Assembly (NCBI RefSeq): GCF_001194135.2
Contig: NC_068983.1
Location: 152,234,996-152,286,896, forward strand
Length of the DNA stretch: 51,901 nt
Direction: 5' to 3'
DNA from: Octopus bimaculoides
Taxonomy: Eukaryota
The notes below the pieces were generated by a model. That model worked only from the letters and a program-made list of their open reading frames with translations, made no database searches and had not been told where the DNA came from. Below, in pieces: positions 24,733 to 36,270 of this stretch. A program made the translations under genes and the position numbers. Numbering within the stretch: position 1 is the first letter of the stretch; each line of letters starts with the position of its first letter.

Positions 24733-25008
24733 CCCATCACTACCCCTACAGCATCAAATTCATTCACCTGCACCTCTAGCAACTGAATCTACTGCATCTT
24801 CTGTTCCCTCCGTCATTCATTGTACATTGGTCAAACTGGCAGTCATATGCTGGACGGTTTGCAGAACATCTCTGGGACATCAAACTCAGCAATAGCATCC
24901 CGGTTTCGTCCCACTTCCTCTCGACCGGTCATTTCTTATAACAACAGTGTTCGGACGGGCCTTGCACAAAAGCTACCCGGACTCCCGCCTCCGTCGAGAG
25001 CAGAAATT
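24733..25008 (+). mobile_element. Second copy of the PLE GIY-YIG segment
   Basis: Collinear with 22533-22812, starting 2200 bp downstream (ttcacctgcacctc..tgtacattggtcaaactggcag..cggtttgcagaacatctct..ccgtcgagagca). Ends at a SINE A insertion. Confidence 0.88.
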
Positions 25009-25016
25009 GTAATATA

Positions 25017-25650
25017 TTCTTTTATTCTTTTATTTGTTTTTTGACTGCGGCCATGCTGGAGCACTGCATTTAGTCGAACAAATCGACTACAGGACTTATT
25101 CTTTGTAAGCCTAGTACTTATTCTATCGGTCTCTTTTGCCGAACTGCTAATTTGAGGGGATATACACACACCAACATCGCTTGTCAAGTGATGGCATGGG
25201 GACAAACACAGACACAGAAACATATACATATACATATACACACACACACGCACACACACACACACACTCACACACACACACAAACACANNNNNNNNNNNN
25301 NNNNNNNNNNNNNNNNNNNNNNNNNNNNNNNNNNNNNNNNNNNNNNNNNNNNNNNNNNNNNNNNNNNNNNNNNNNNNNNNNNNNNNNNNNNNNNNNNNNN
25401 NNNNNNNNNNNNNNNNNNNNNNNNNNNNNNNNNNNNNNNNNNNNNNNNNNNNNNNNNNNNNNNNTATATATATATGCGTACATTATACGACAGGTTTCTT
25501 TCAGTTTCCGTCTACCTAATCCACTCACAAGGCTTTGGTCGGCCGGAGGCTATAGTAGAAGACAATAGCCCAAAATACCACGCAGTGGGACTGAACCCGG
25601 AACAATGTGGTTGGTAAGCGAGCTACTTACCACACTCCCACTCCTGCACC
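25017..25650 (-). mobile_element. SINE family A, full length (N-gap in internal microsatellite)
   Basis: Both halves align to 17893-18322. Confidence 0.9.
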
Positions 25651-25683
<33 letters not shown>

Positions 25684-26123
25684 GCCGGGGTAAGTGTATG
25701 GAAAAGCGTGTATGTGTGTGAATGTCTGTATACGCATCCCGACCTAAAGTAGCTAGCTAAACAACCTTTCGCCCCTTAGACATTTTATCCTGCATATCTT
25801 TCCCTTCCTTTTCCTTGCACCACTCCTTTGTCTTAAACCCAATGTAACTCAATCAGTCCTTGTCTATCCATTCACTGCCCCTACAAAAAAATTTTTTTTC
25901 ATCATCAGTTATTTGTTTATATTTACAAATATTTGCAATTCTTATTAAGCAAGGATAATAGCAATTGAAAATTGTAGCAATATCTCATTCCTTAATCAGA
26001 CAGGCATGTAACAACACATGTTGAACGGAGTCCCACCCATAAGGGACAGTAGCAGGATGGCCAGAGACGACCGTTGTACAAAACAAAGATTTATACTAAA
26101 TCCATATTCTCATTACATAAGGG

Positions 26124-26173
<50 letters not shown>

Positions 26174-26174
26174 C

Positions 26175-26330
26175 TCAACTAACACTGCGGAGTTCCTGAA
26201 GCAGATCCAAACGGAAATATAACCCGACTGCAGATGACACCAGGTCGTCCAAATTGTGCCAGTGCCCTACTAAACACTTCAATACACTACTCGACATGTA
26301 CCCATTAGTAAAAAATATCCAATATCTACA
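26175..26330 (-). mobile_element. Possible highly degenerate REL-LINE C-terminus abutting (TAA)n at 26125-26174
   Basis: Minus strand gtagggcactggcacaatt resembles a frameshifted VGALGTI, and tctgcttcaggaactccgc resembles S-LLGT..LR. Confidence 0.3.
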
Positions 26331-26336
26331 CATACA

Positions 26337-26370
<34 letters not shown>

Positions 26371-27361
26371 CATATATATGTATATATATATATATATATN
26401 NNNNNNNNNGTGTTTGTCGACGGGTTTCGCTTTCGCTATTCATGACATTAAAATTTATTTAAATGCGTATTTTCTTAAGAAGAAATTTGTGGGTCCGTGT
26501 TGTGTGTGAAATTTATGGATGAATGATTCAAGTAGACAATTTTAAGAGGAGGTAATTGGTTATCGTTATTATTGTGGGCAGGGGAGATAACTGTTCAAGT
26601 TTCGGTGGGGGGTGGAATATATATATACACAAAAATTCGAAAAATAGATTAATAGGGAGAAATATGTACAGTGATGAGTATGTAGACGTGAATTAAAATA
26701 CGTAAAACAGTGAAATTTGGTTTGATGTTACCTGCACATTTCCCTATGTACTCACGTGCCTATATATATATATATATACAAGCTCACTGTCTCTTAGTGG
26801 CACCACTGCCTAATTAGACTCTGTGTGATTCTACGTATATCGTTGGCAGGACGGTTACTGCTATTTCCAGCGGTCCGGTATCTACCAGTGACAAGGTCAA
26901 AGAAGGCCGAAATAATGTGATCTAGTAGTCCTAGCAGTGGGGATGGCGGTGATTATCTGCAGCTAGCGGGGTAAACAAGAATGTTCTTATGTACTAAAAA
27001 ACCATACGAGAGGTTCTCTCATGTTGAATATCGCAGTAATGTGTTCTAACACAACATCCATATTTAGGTCGATTANNNNNNNNNNNNNNNNNNNNNNNNN
27101 NNNNNNNNNNNNNNNNNNNNNNNNNNNNNNNNNNNNNNNNNNNNNNNNNNNNNNNNNNNNNNNNNNNNNNNNNNNNNNNNNNNNNNNNNNNNNNNNNNNN
27201 NNNNNNNNNNNNNNNNNNNNNNNNNNNNNNNNNNNNNNNNNNNNNNNNNNNNNNNNNNNNNNNNNNNNNNNNNNNNNNNNNNNNNNNNNNNNNNNNNNNN
27301 NNNNNNNNNNNNNNNNNNNNNNNNNNNNNNNNNNNNNNNNNNNNNNNNNNNNNNNNNNNNN

Positions 27362-27412
<51 letters not shown>

Positions 27413-27479
27413 ATAACATTATGGACCGTTCCGTGATTTGTGGGACCAGCAACAAAAAAAAAATACTTAATCCTGTGAG

Positions 27480-27823
27480 AGGAAAAAATATTATTTAATA
27501 TATACTGTATTTAAATGCGAAGCTGAAGTTACCTCAGGGCTCCAAAATGAACTCAAAAGACGAAATATATTGATATATCAAAGCGAATTTTGAAACAAAT
27601 ATAACAATCACCAGTCTTTCTTTTCGACGCGCTTATAACAAAACCACGAAGTTAGATAGAAAAACATCGTACCATAATGCCAAAATATATATATCACTCG
27701 TCATCAAGCGGATCATATAGACACACAGATAGAGACACATATTCTAACGCGTCAAGGTGCAGGCTTTGTGTAGCTGAAAGATTTCCGATCTACTGAATTC
27801 GAAATCCGAGATTTTTAATAAAT
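27480..27823 (+). mobile_element. Decayed PLE (Penelope/Poseidon-type) GIY-YIG C-terminus
   Basis: Frameshifted peptides VFKCEAEVTS..KYIDIS..KYNNHQSFF/RRAYNKTTKL..YSNASRCRLCVAERFPIY. Confidence 0.7.
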
Positions 27824-28363
27824 GTAAGCATTTGGACAAGTTTCTGCTGATCTGAAAAACACCACTCTCTCTGGATTAGGTATGCATTGTTGCAAACTTA
27901 TACCTTTCCACTTCGAATTAAGTGCAAAATCCATAATTAATTCCAACTCTAACGGGCGAAAAAGGACGCAACTTTCATCTTCCCCCTATATTTCATTTTT
28001 CTTTTGCTTTTTCCCTTTGTCTTTCTCGTTCTTTCTCCCTTTATTTCAAACAGCAGCCATGTTATAAACTGAGTCTGAAACATACATAAAAATATACGGT
28101 ATGCTTTACAATTTTGTCCGACCATCGTATTATCAGAGGCATGAAACTAGTAATTATTCGCGCTTAAATCTCCTCGTCTCCCCTCCTCTCTCTCTTTCTC
28201 TCTGTATATATATGTATGTATGTGTGTGTGTGTGAATGAATATCTGCAACTATATCTGTTTATCTCCTCTTTCTATTTCATTCTCCCCCCCCGCCTCTTG
28301 CTCTCTCTCTCTACACACACATATACACATGTATATATGTGAGTGTGTGTGTCTGTGAGCATA

Positions 28364-28439
<76 letters not shown>

Positions 28440-29133
28440 CATATATGCATAGATACATACGTACGCACATGCATAATATATATGTATAGATACATATACA
28501 TATATGGTACGTATTTACCTATATATAAATATATACGCAACATTCATTTATACAAATATACATGAATGTAAACATATATATATATATATATATATATACA
28601 CGCATATGTATATACACTTACATGAACAGATGTATGTGTATGTGCGCGTGTGTGCGTGGTTGTGTGCGTGCTTATGTGCTTGCTTCTGTGTGTGTGTGTG
28701 TGTGTGTGTGTGCAGCCATACATACCATCACAACATACATGCCTATCTATACACACTCAAACGCAGAATGTTCTCTTATGCTATTTTACCATAAGATTGA
28801 ATTTATCAACAAAGCTTTGTATAATTCGAAGTACAATCAAATTATCGAAACACATTGTTATTTTCAAGAAGTCAATGACAAGGATCTTTTAATTTTGTAT
28901 AAGTTCCAATGAAAGACTCAAATTCAATTTTTCGGACGTATTTTGATACTGCTGTAGCGTTTTGTCATTGTAATTACTGTTCCTCTTCTTCATGTTATTG
29001 TTATTGTTGCTGTTTTAGCCCTTATTCTTCTTGTTCTTGCTTTCCAAATACAATATTCATAGCTTATTGTTCTTATTCAGCTTCGTGTGTTTTGTAAATA
29101 TTTTCTGTATTTTATGTTGTGTTCACAATATTA

Positions 29134-29235
29134 TGTTGTTGCTGTTTTTTGTTGTTGCTGTTGTTGTTGTTGTTGTTGTTCTTCTTCTTCTTCTTCTTCT
29201 TCTTCTTCTTCTTCTTCTTCTTCTTCTTCTTGTTC

Positions 29236-29267
<32 letters not shown>

Positions 29268-29338
29268 CTTCTTCTTCTTCTTCTTCTTCTTCTTCTTCTT
29301 CTTCTTCTTCTTCTTCTTCTTCTTCTCCTTCTTCTTCT
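29134..29338. repeat. Compound (GTT)n(CTT)n array, duplicated
   Basis: Two consecutive GTT-to-CTT blocks; source of the poly-L, poly-S, poly-F and poly-K ORFs. Confidence 0.95.
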
Positions 29339-29722
29339 GCGTCAAATCCGCGTCATATACTACCCTACCACCTTAAGAATATTAGCGCATACAATCGTTA
29401 CTAATATTTCTGATGATAAGATTATCCGACTTCACCGAGGATATTACAATAACAATGACAACACGAAGAAGCAAAGAGAAATTGCTTTTAACATCACACA
29501 ACAGCACGGAATACATTCAAAAAGACACGATTCACACACAAAAGCATATTCTGTAGGCATGACGCAATAAATTTCAGTATTAAAGACGCTAGAAACGACT
29601 TAATGGAAATTAAAAACATTATCTTCACATAGAGCATTCATCTAGCAATATTTTAGGAAACGGTTTGACTGCCATAAAATAGAGTATTCAGAATTCTGAA
29701 TCATACTGCAATCATACAAGAC

Positions 29723-29978
29723 CAGTGGTTCCCAAAGTGGGCAGTATTGTTCCCCTGGGAGCGGTGGAAAGTTCCAAGGGGGCTTTGAAAAAAAGTGGGG
29801 CGATAATGGGGTAGTGATTCATGTAAAAACAACAAAACAATGGGGTTATTAAGTTAAGTTTTATTTGTTAAATACAGTTGCTTTGAATATGTTTGTGATG
29901 GTTAGTTGGGGTGGGGCGCTAAGAATGTTTTCCTGTGTGTTATGGGTGCGGCAGCCCGGAAAAGTTTAAGGACGACTG
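29723..29978. mobile_element. hAT (Charlie-like) MITE, 256 bp
   Basis: Left end CAGTGGTTCCCAAAGTGGG and degenerate right end aaaagtttaaggacgaCTG. The 8-bp TSD is tacaagac / tactagac (7/8, close to the Charlie-type NTCTAGAN target). Confidence 0.85.
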
Positions 29979-30100
29979 TACTAGACAGAGACCTCTAAGA
30001 CGGGGGGGGGGGGTCTTATCACTTACATAAAAACAGTCATATGACGGGTAACACTCTGGTATAATAGACTACAATGTCACATGTGGTATGTATGGAAATA

Positions 30101-30325
30101 CGAGGCGGTATCAAAAAGTTCCCGGACTAGTTCTGTAGTGCGTCAACAAATGGGAGCACACGGCTGCGTGCGCAGTGAGACCTAGCATTGACATTCATGA
30201 AGTAGTGTGCCGAATTTACTTCGCAAGTTGTGAAATTTGTATTTTGTGATCACGTGCATGCTGTTTTGTCATGGTCAGGAAGTTGGAACAAAGAGCTAAC
30301 GTGAAATTTTGCGTTGAATTCATGA
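30101..30325 (+). mobile_element. Mariner (irritans-like) 5' end: ITR + transposase start
   Basis: TA|CGAGGCGGTATCAAAAAGTTCCCGGACT, then the ORF MVRKLEQRANVKFCV. Truncated. Confidence 0.8.
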
Positions 30326-30699
30326 AAATCAAAGTCACAAAATATCTTAATATAAGAAAAACAGATCTGTATCACTTTGACCATCACCGATCATCTTATC
30401 ATCACAATTACATGTCAACCTTTCAACACTTTATCACACTCACAAACACCATCGTTGGGAATGCATCAAATGCACTCAATGCCTCTTGGTTTTTATGTTG
30501 TACAGATAACAAAGAAGTAAAATAATGCTATCATAACTAAACTCACTTTACATCCTAAACAAACCGCATCAACACGAACAAATACCTCACGGAGCCAAAT
30601 ACAACAACTCTTTCCCAGGTAACACCTTCTGCTCTACACACTTACCTACCCGTAACTACTTTGAAAACAATTAGCTAAATTTCTTTACATTACTTACTA

Positions 30700-31130
30700 A
30701 TTGCCATCACAAAAGCGTTGTATATCAATAAACAAAGCATAAACACTTTTACAAACTTCAAAAGAATACAATGGAACGAGTTCTATCAAGGAGCAATCAA
30801 AGTCTTCAGAATTCAACAGCACCAAAATCACCAACAGAGACATTGCAGTAAATACATTCAGGAAAATATTTATAGACCCATCCGAAAAAAGAAAGAAAGA
30901 AAGGAAGAAAGAATACCATGAGACAGCATAAGAATATACCCCCAGTCACACTCCAGAAATAACCAAGCTCATAATAACTGGAGACTATTTCGAACACAAT
31001 ACACCGAAACTACAAACACCTCAAATAGACCAGCATCAACTTCTTAAGAGCGAAATAACACAATAAATAAATAAATAAACCAGAGAGAAAAAGAAAGCTT
31101 GAAAACATTTGTATCCAAGATAAACTACAA
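30700..31130 (+). mobile_element. Possible decayed PLE GIY-YIG C-terminus
   Basis: KALYI..EFYQ..VFRIQQHQN..CSKYIQE and LLKSEI resemble RFYQH.SF...T.LSKYIW..LLNKRSE. Confidence 0.5.
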
Positions 31131-31571
31131 TAACTAACAGCTAGCATTGTATAAAGTAATTAAATGTATAGACGTCTTTATTTTCCACCACTTCATTGTC
31201 GATATAGTAGGTTCTAATGATGTATGAGAGCCGACTATATTTATCATAACCTTCTTCTGTAAATACACATAACTTTACTGTTTCTCGTTGTGGTTCCGAA
31301 TTTGGTGTTTTTTGTTTTGGTTTGTTTTTTGTTTTTTATTTGTACAAAAAGAAAACCCAGTATAACATTAAACAATTTTTTATTCATGTATTCATATATC
31401 TGGATGTAACTTTCAACGCTTTGCTTAAATGAAGTGCATGCTAGCAATAAATTAATGTCGTTAATATACTGGCGCCAGCTCTGGAGTAGCGAAGCTTTCA
31501 TTGTACCTAAGGAAGAAGCCATTGCGAAATGACTAAGCATTACTGAATCGTCTTTGTATCTCTTCTTATTC

Positions 31572-31767
31572 ATTTACTTGTTTCAGTCATTTGACTGCGG
31601 TCATGCTAGAGCACCGTCTTTAGTCGAACAAATCGACCGCATGACTTATTCTTTGTAAGTCTAGTACTTATTCTATCGGTCTCTTTTGCAAAACCGCTAA
31701 GTTACGGGAACATAAACACACCGACATCGGTTGTCAATTGATGGTGGGGATGAAGACAAACACAAAT

Positions 31768-31803
<36 letters not shown>

Positions 31804-32077
31804 GTACGATGGGCTTCTTTCAGTTTCCGTCTACCAAATCCACTCACAAGGCTTTGGTCGGCCCGAGGCTATAGTAGAAGACACTTGTCCAAGGTGCCAC
31901 GCAGTGGAACTGAACCCGGAACCATGTGTTTGGGAAGCAAGCTACTTACTACACGGCTACGCCACAGCCTATACTTATTACACAGCCACTCCTGAGCCCA
32001 TACTAACCACATAACTACGCCTGTTCCTATGTTTACCACACAGCCACTCCTGCGCCTATACTTACCACACAGCCACT
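31572..32077 (-). mobile_element. SINE family A, full length, with a tandem 29-bp amplification of its 5' end
   Basis: Aligns to 17893-18322. Positions 31943-32077 hold 4.7 units of tacttaccacacagccactcctgcgccta. Confidence 0.92.
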
Positions 32078-32149
32078 ATCTAGTTTTTTTTACAAGAAAA
32101 GGGGCATCTGAGTATGATCAGTTGGCAATCTTAATATTATAATGTATGT

Positions 32150-32335
32150 GAAGTCTGTCGGAGACATTCGGCGGAAGCAACCGGATTCTTGACAAAGACA
32201 ATACAACCTGTCATCGAGCTGTCCTCAGCCGTCCGTTTCTCGCCAAAAGCAACATGCTATCGCTTCCGAACCCACCCTATACGCCAGATTTAACACCTGC
32301 GCACTTACATTTCTTCCCCAAGTTCAAAATTTCTT
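32150..32335 (+). mobile_element. Mariner transposase catalytic-domain fragment
   Basis: DIRRKQPD..DNTTCHR..FLAKSNMLSLPNPPYTPDLTPAHLHFFPKFK matches HDNA..PHPPYSPDLAP.DF.LFPKLK. Confidence 0.85.
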
Positions 32336-32480
32336 TCTATCTATGTCTCTGTCTCCTTTCCTCTCCATATATATCTATACACGCACCATTATGTACGTAT
32401 AGTAAACTTAAACCACCATTATGGAAAATAAATTTCTTATTTATGAAAAAGGATCTATTACAAAAAAGTAAACGAAAATA

Positions 32481-32880
32481 CGAGGTGCATACCAGAAGCT
32501 TTGACTCTTTTTTAGTTGAGAAATTCATTAATTTCAGAGAAGTACAAAACTTTAATCTTCTTCAAAGACTCTCTGACTTCAATGTACTGTTGTAGCGCTT
32601 CAGCTACATCATGAAGGTCCCATAGAAGTCCTCCTAAGTGAAGGGTTCCAGGACCCTTGTTACAGCTTCTTTGATCTCATTGTCTTCAAAACGACAGCCT
32701 CTGAGGTTCTCCTTCAGCTTGAGGAACAACCAACATTTACAGAGAGTAAGGTCTGGACTGTCGGAAGGATGTAAGATAGTTTTGATGCCCGTCTAATGTC
32801 ACCAACATGTCTTTTCCTCTGTTGGTCACTGAGCACCGCCGGAACAACCTTCGCACGAATTTTGCGGATGCGTAAATTTT
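32481..32880 (-). mobile_element. Internally deleted mariner (irritans-like) 3' portion with ITR
   Basis: Minus strand RKIRAKVVPAVLSDQQRK is joined to ILHPSDSPDLTLCKCWLFLKLKENLRGCRFED. The element ends in ..gcacctcg|TA. Confidence 0.85.
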
Positions 32881-33201
32881 GCAAATTCACAAATTTTGCG
32901 AATTCTTTTCTGCCTTTCTTCTTTCATTCATTTTCTTTTATTTTCTGACTCTCTTTCTTCCCAAAACCCAAATAATTTCGATACAAAGGCTTTATCTATC
33001 CACCTTATTTCCTACCCTTCCATCTTTTCAGAAATATCGTAGAATTATTAATTTCTTGCACTCGTTTTCAAGAAATGTGCTACTGATGCTTTCATAAAAG
33101 CAAGTAAAAATTATGACTGTCGAAGCAGGACATACTTCACTGATTTCCTGTATCAATCTTCAACCGTTATATTTTATTTATATGTATGCAAATACATATA
33201 T

Positions 33202-33413
33202 GGAGGCGCATAGCTTGGTGGTTAAACTGTTGAACTCATAATCGTAAGATTGTGGTTTCTATTCCTGGACCAAGCGGTGCGTTGTGTTTTTGAGCAAAAC
33301 AGTTCATTTTACGTTGATCCAGTTCACTCGGCAGGTAAAATGTCCATTCAGCTTGAAAAAAAGGCGTCTCGTCGAGGAAAGCCGGTTTAATGTCGAGTAA
33401 TGTGGACTAATCA
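33202..33413 (+). mobile_element. SINE family C, tail variant 2
   Basis: ggaggcgcatagcttggtggtt..tttctattcctggacc..gttgtgtttttgagcaaaac. Confidence 0.85.
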
Positions 33414-33435
33414 TGCATACATATATATTCAGTAA

Positions 33436-33637
33436 TTTACTTGTTTCAGTCATTTGAGTGCGGCTACGCTGGAGCACCACCTTTAGTCGAACACATCGAC
33501 CACAGGACTTATTCTTTGTAAACCTAGAACTTATTCTATCGGTTTCTTTTACCGAAGCGCTAAGTTATGAGGGACGTAAACACACCGACATGAATTGTCA
33601 AGCGATGGTTGGAGGACAAGCATAGATACACAACCAA

Positions 33638-33675
<38 letters not shown>
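33436..33675 (-). mobile_element. SINE family A 3' half, ending at the internal (CA)n
   Basis: Aligns to 17893-18110. Confidence 0.88.
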
Positions 33676-33679
<4 letters not shown>

Positions 33680-33680
33680 T

Positions 33681-34712
33681 TACTACATATATGGAAAATC
33701 GGTGTGTGTTTGTTTGTGGCGTTGTTATCTAACTCCTCCTACATCGTTTTATTTATTTTGTTGAAACTTGATACGTAAGTAGAACTCATGTCTGAAAACC
33801 TCGTGATATACTTAGATTGTTGAAAAAATTCATAATACTGCTCCTGGAAGGGACCTTTATATCTACCCCATTTAACTAATTTTTTAAACACCCAAGGGAA
33901 ATAAACCATACCACCTGCACAATATTTTTTTAAATAATCAAAGGAAATAACCCATTTCATTGTTTATGTTCGATTACTTTGAATATTGATTTTTTGTGTG
34001 TCCAATTTTTAATTTTTGCAAACAATATCACTTTTTTACTTTATTTGACACGTGAGTAGAACTCATGACTGGAAACCTTGTGACACACTGAGATTGTTGA
34101 ACAAAATCGATAATAGGGCTCATCCAGTGGATCCTCCGATCTACTACATATTACTAATATTTTATATAAACAACCCAAGGGAAATAACCCATATCAATAT
34201 TTGATTCTCACGATCAGCCGACCTAATTCTGGATTTCACTACTCACAGTTTGGAACTGCTAAACATTGTTATTGCACTTCCTTAATTTGAATTTCTTCAT
34301 TCATACGTTTCTATGCATACATACTTTTTTGAATGCCCATTACTTCGATAATTCTGCATTTTTATAGTTACACTTTCTCCATGACAGTAGACAATTGTTT
34401 TTCCCCAATGTATTTGCATAGCGTGGATTCGATCCTCGATTGCTGAATTTCACTTAACACTTCAACAACGCTTTTGTCACGATAAAACAATAGTTTTTCT
34501 GTGAACGACAACCTCTCTCGCCAACCTCCGACGACATCTCTTGACAACCTCCGACAATCTCTCCCTCCTCTAGCTGATAGTTTTTGTACTTTTTCGTGAC
34601 AGAAAATACACCTTTTGCGGCAGTTATAACGAAATCACTTTCTTATATCAGAGTAATGAGATGTTTCAATAGAACATCTTTATCCCTGGGAATAACCGGG
34701 TACACCAGCTAG
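33681..34712 (+). mobile_element. Non-autonomous Helitron-like element with a ~290-bp-period internal duplication
   Basis: The 3' end is hairpin ccctgg-gaataa-ccggg, then tacaccag CTAG|T. The start tactacatatatggaaaa..gtgtgtttgtttgt resembles Helitron-N 5' ends. Repeat units lie at ~33765-33910 and ~34043-34193. Confidence 0.7.
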
Positions 34713-35214
34713 TATATATATATANNNNNNNNNNNNNNNNNNNNNNNNNNNNNNNNNNNNNNNNNNNNNNNNNNNNNNNNNNNNNNNNNNNNNNNNNNNN
34801 NNNNNNNNNNNNNNNNNNNNNNNNNNNNNNNNNNNNNNNNNNNNNNNNNNNNNNNNNNNNNNNNNNNNNNNNNNNNNNNNNNNNNNNNNNNNNNNNNNNN
34901 NNNNNNNNNNNNNNNNNNNNNNNNNNNNNNNNNNNNNNNNNNNNNNNNNNNNNNNNNNNNNNNNNNNNNNNNNNNNNNNNNNNNNNNNNNNNNNNNNNNN
35001 NNNNNNNNNNNNNNNNNNNNNNNNNNNNNNNNNNNNNNNNNNNNNNNNNNNNNNNNNNNNNNNNNNNNNNNNNNNNNNNNNNNNNNNNNNNNNNNNNNNN
35101 NNNNNNNNNNNNNNNNNNNNNNNNNNNNNNNNNNNNNNNNNNNNNNNNNNNNNNNNNNNNNNNNNNNNNNNNNNNNNNNNNNNNNNNNNNNNNNNNNNNN
35201 NNNNATCGAGTGAA

Positions 35215-35707
35215 GATGCTTCTTTATAGCAGTGTGGGAGCATTCCATTTACTCTGCCAGTTCCCTTGTTGTTTGACGAGAATTTTCGCGCAAAAGTTGG
35301 TTTAATCGCTCTTCATCGAACTCAACTGGACGACCAGAACGAGGTGTGTCTTTCAGGTCAAAATTTCCATTTTTGAACTTGGCATACCAATCACGAGCGG
35401 TTCTTTCAGCTATGGCACTGTCTCCATATACAGTACAAATATCGCGAACAGCATTTTCGGCGTTAGAACCTTGATTAAAAGCAAAAAGAAAGAGATGTCG
35501 AAAATGCTCATTTTTCTTCACATTCTATTTTAATGATATGAAAATAAACAAAAATTAACTAAAATTAACTAGAATAAGAAAAAGAAACACAAAATAGATT
35601 CCAAAACGATTTAAAAATAGAATTCTCGAAAGAATAGATTCCAAAATTTAAAAACGCAATAAATTCCAAAATCTAAATAAACGGCGGGAACTTAGTTGCC
35701 AACCCAA
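35215..35707 (-). mobile_element. Mariner (mellifera-like) 5' ITR and transposase N-terminus (one in-frame stop), truncated by the N-gap
   Basis: TA|TTGGGTTGGCAACTAAGTTCCCGCCG ITR. The ORF reads MKKNEHFRHLFLFAFNQG..WYAKFKNGNFDLKDTPRSGRP..TTRELAE*MECSHTAIKKHLH (paired-like HTH domains). Confidence 0.93.
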
Positions 35708-36164
35708 TATTTAGAATTTGGTAAAATCTAAAGAGCGATAAAAGTGAACCATTGATATTAATCAGGGTTGATAACATCAGTCGAAATTTTGCTTAAATAT
35801 CGTAAACGTACAATTTATATATTTAAATAATGAACTAATTATCCGCAAAATCAAAATGTTATTTTATTAATAACTACCGATATTAGACATTTAACGTATT
35901 TGGCGATATTTCCTTCTTTTTCTTTAATGCTTGAACCCAACAAACGTGAACGTATATTTTTCCACCTATCTACTACTTGCAGAACAAATGCCATTGTGCT
36001 AGTAAATTCGATTCAGTTGAATTTAACATCTCTCTCAAAAATGGTATATTGCTTAGTCGACTTACTAAATAAATAAATCATACTTAATGCGTTCTTTCTT
36101 CTTCTTCTTGTAGTGGTTGTCACGTTTATTTGCCCGTTTTGTTATTATTATGACTATGCAGGTT

Positions 36165-36178
36165 GCTGCTGCTGCCGC

Positions 36179-36215
<37 letters not shown>

Positions 36216-36270
36216 GATGGTGGTGGTGGTGGTGATCATGGTGGTTGTTGGTGTTGTTATTGTTGTTGGT
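36165..36270. repeat. (TTG)n/(TGG)n trinucleotide array
   Basis: Directly visible; source of the poly-Q/H ORF. Confidence 0.9.

Noticed and set aside
29031-29570. Leu/Val-rich 179-aa ORF resembling a membrane protein
   Set aside because: The hydrophobic stretch is the (GTT)/(CTT) microsatellite.
31943-32077. Regularly spaced 29-bp units superficially resembling a CRISPR array
   Set aside because: There are no unique spacers, the units are SINE 5' ends, and the context is eukaryotic with no cas genes.
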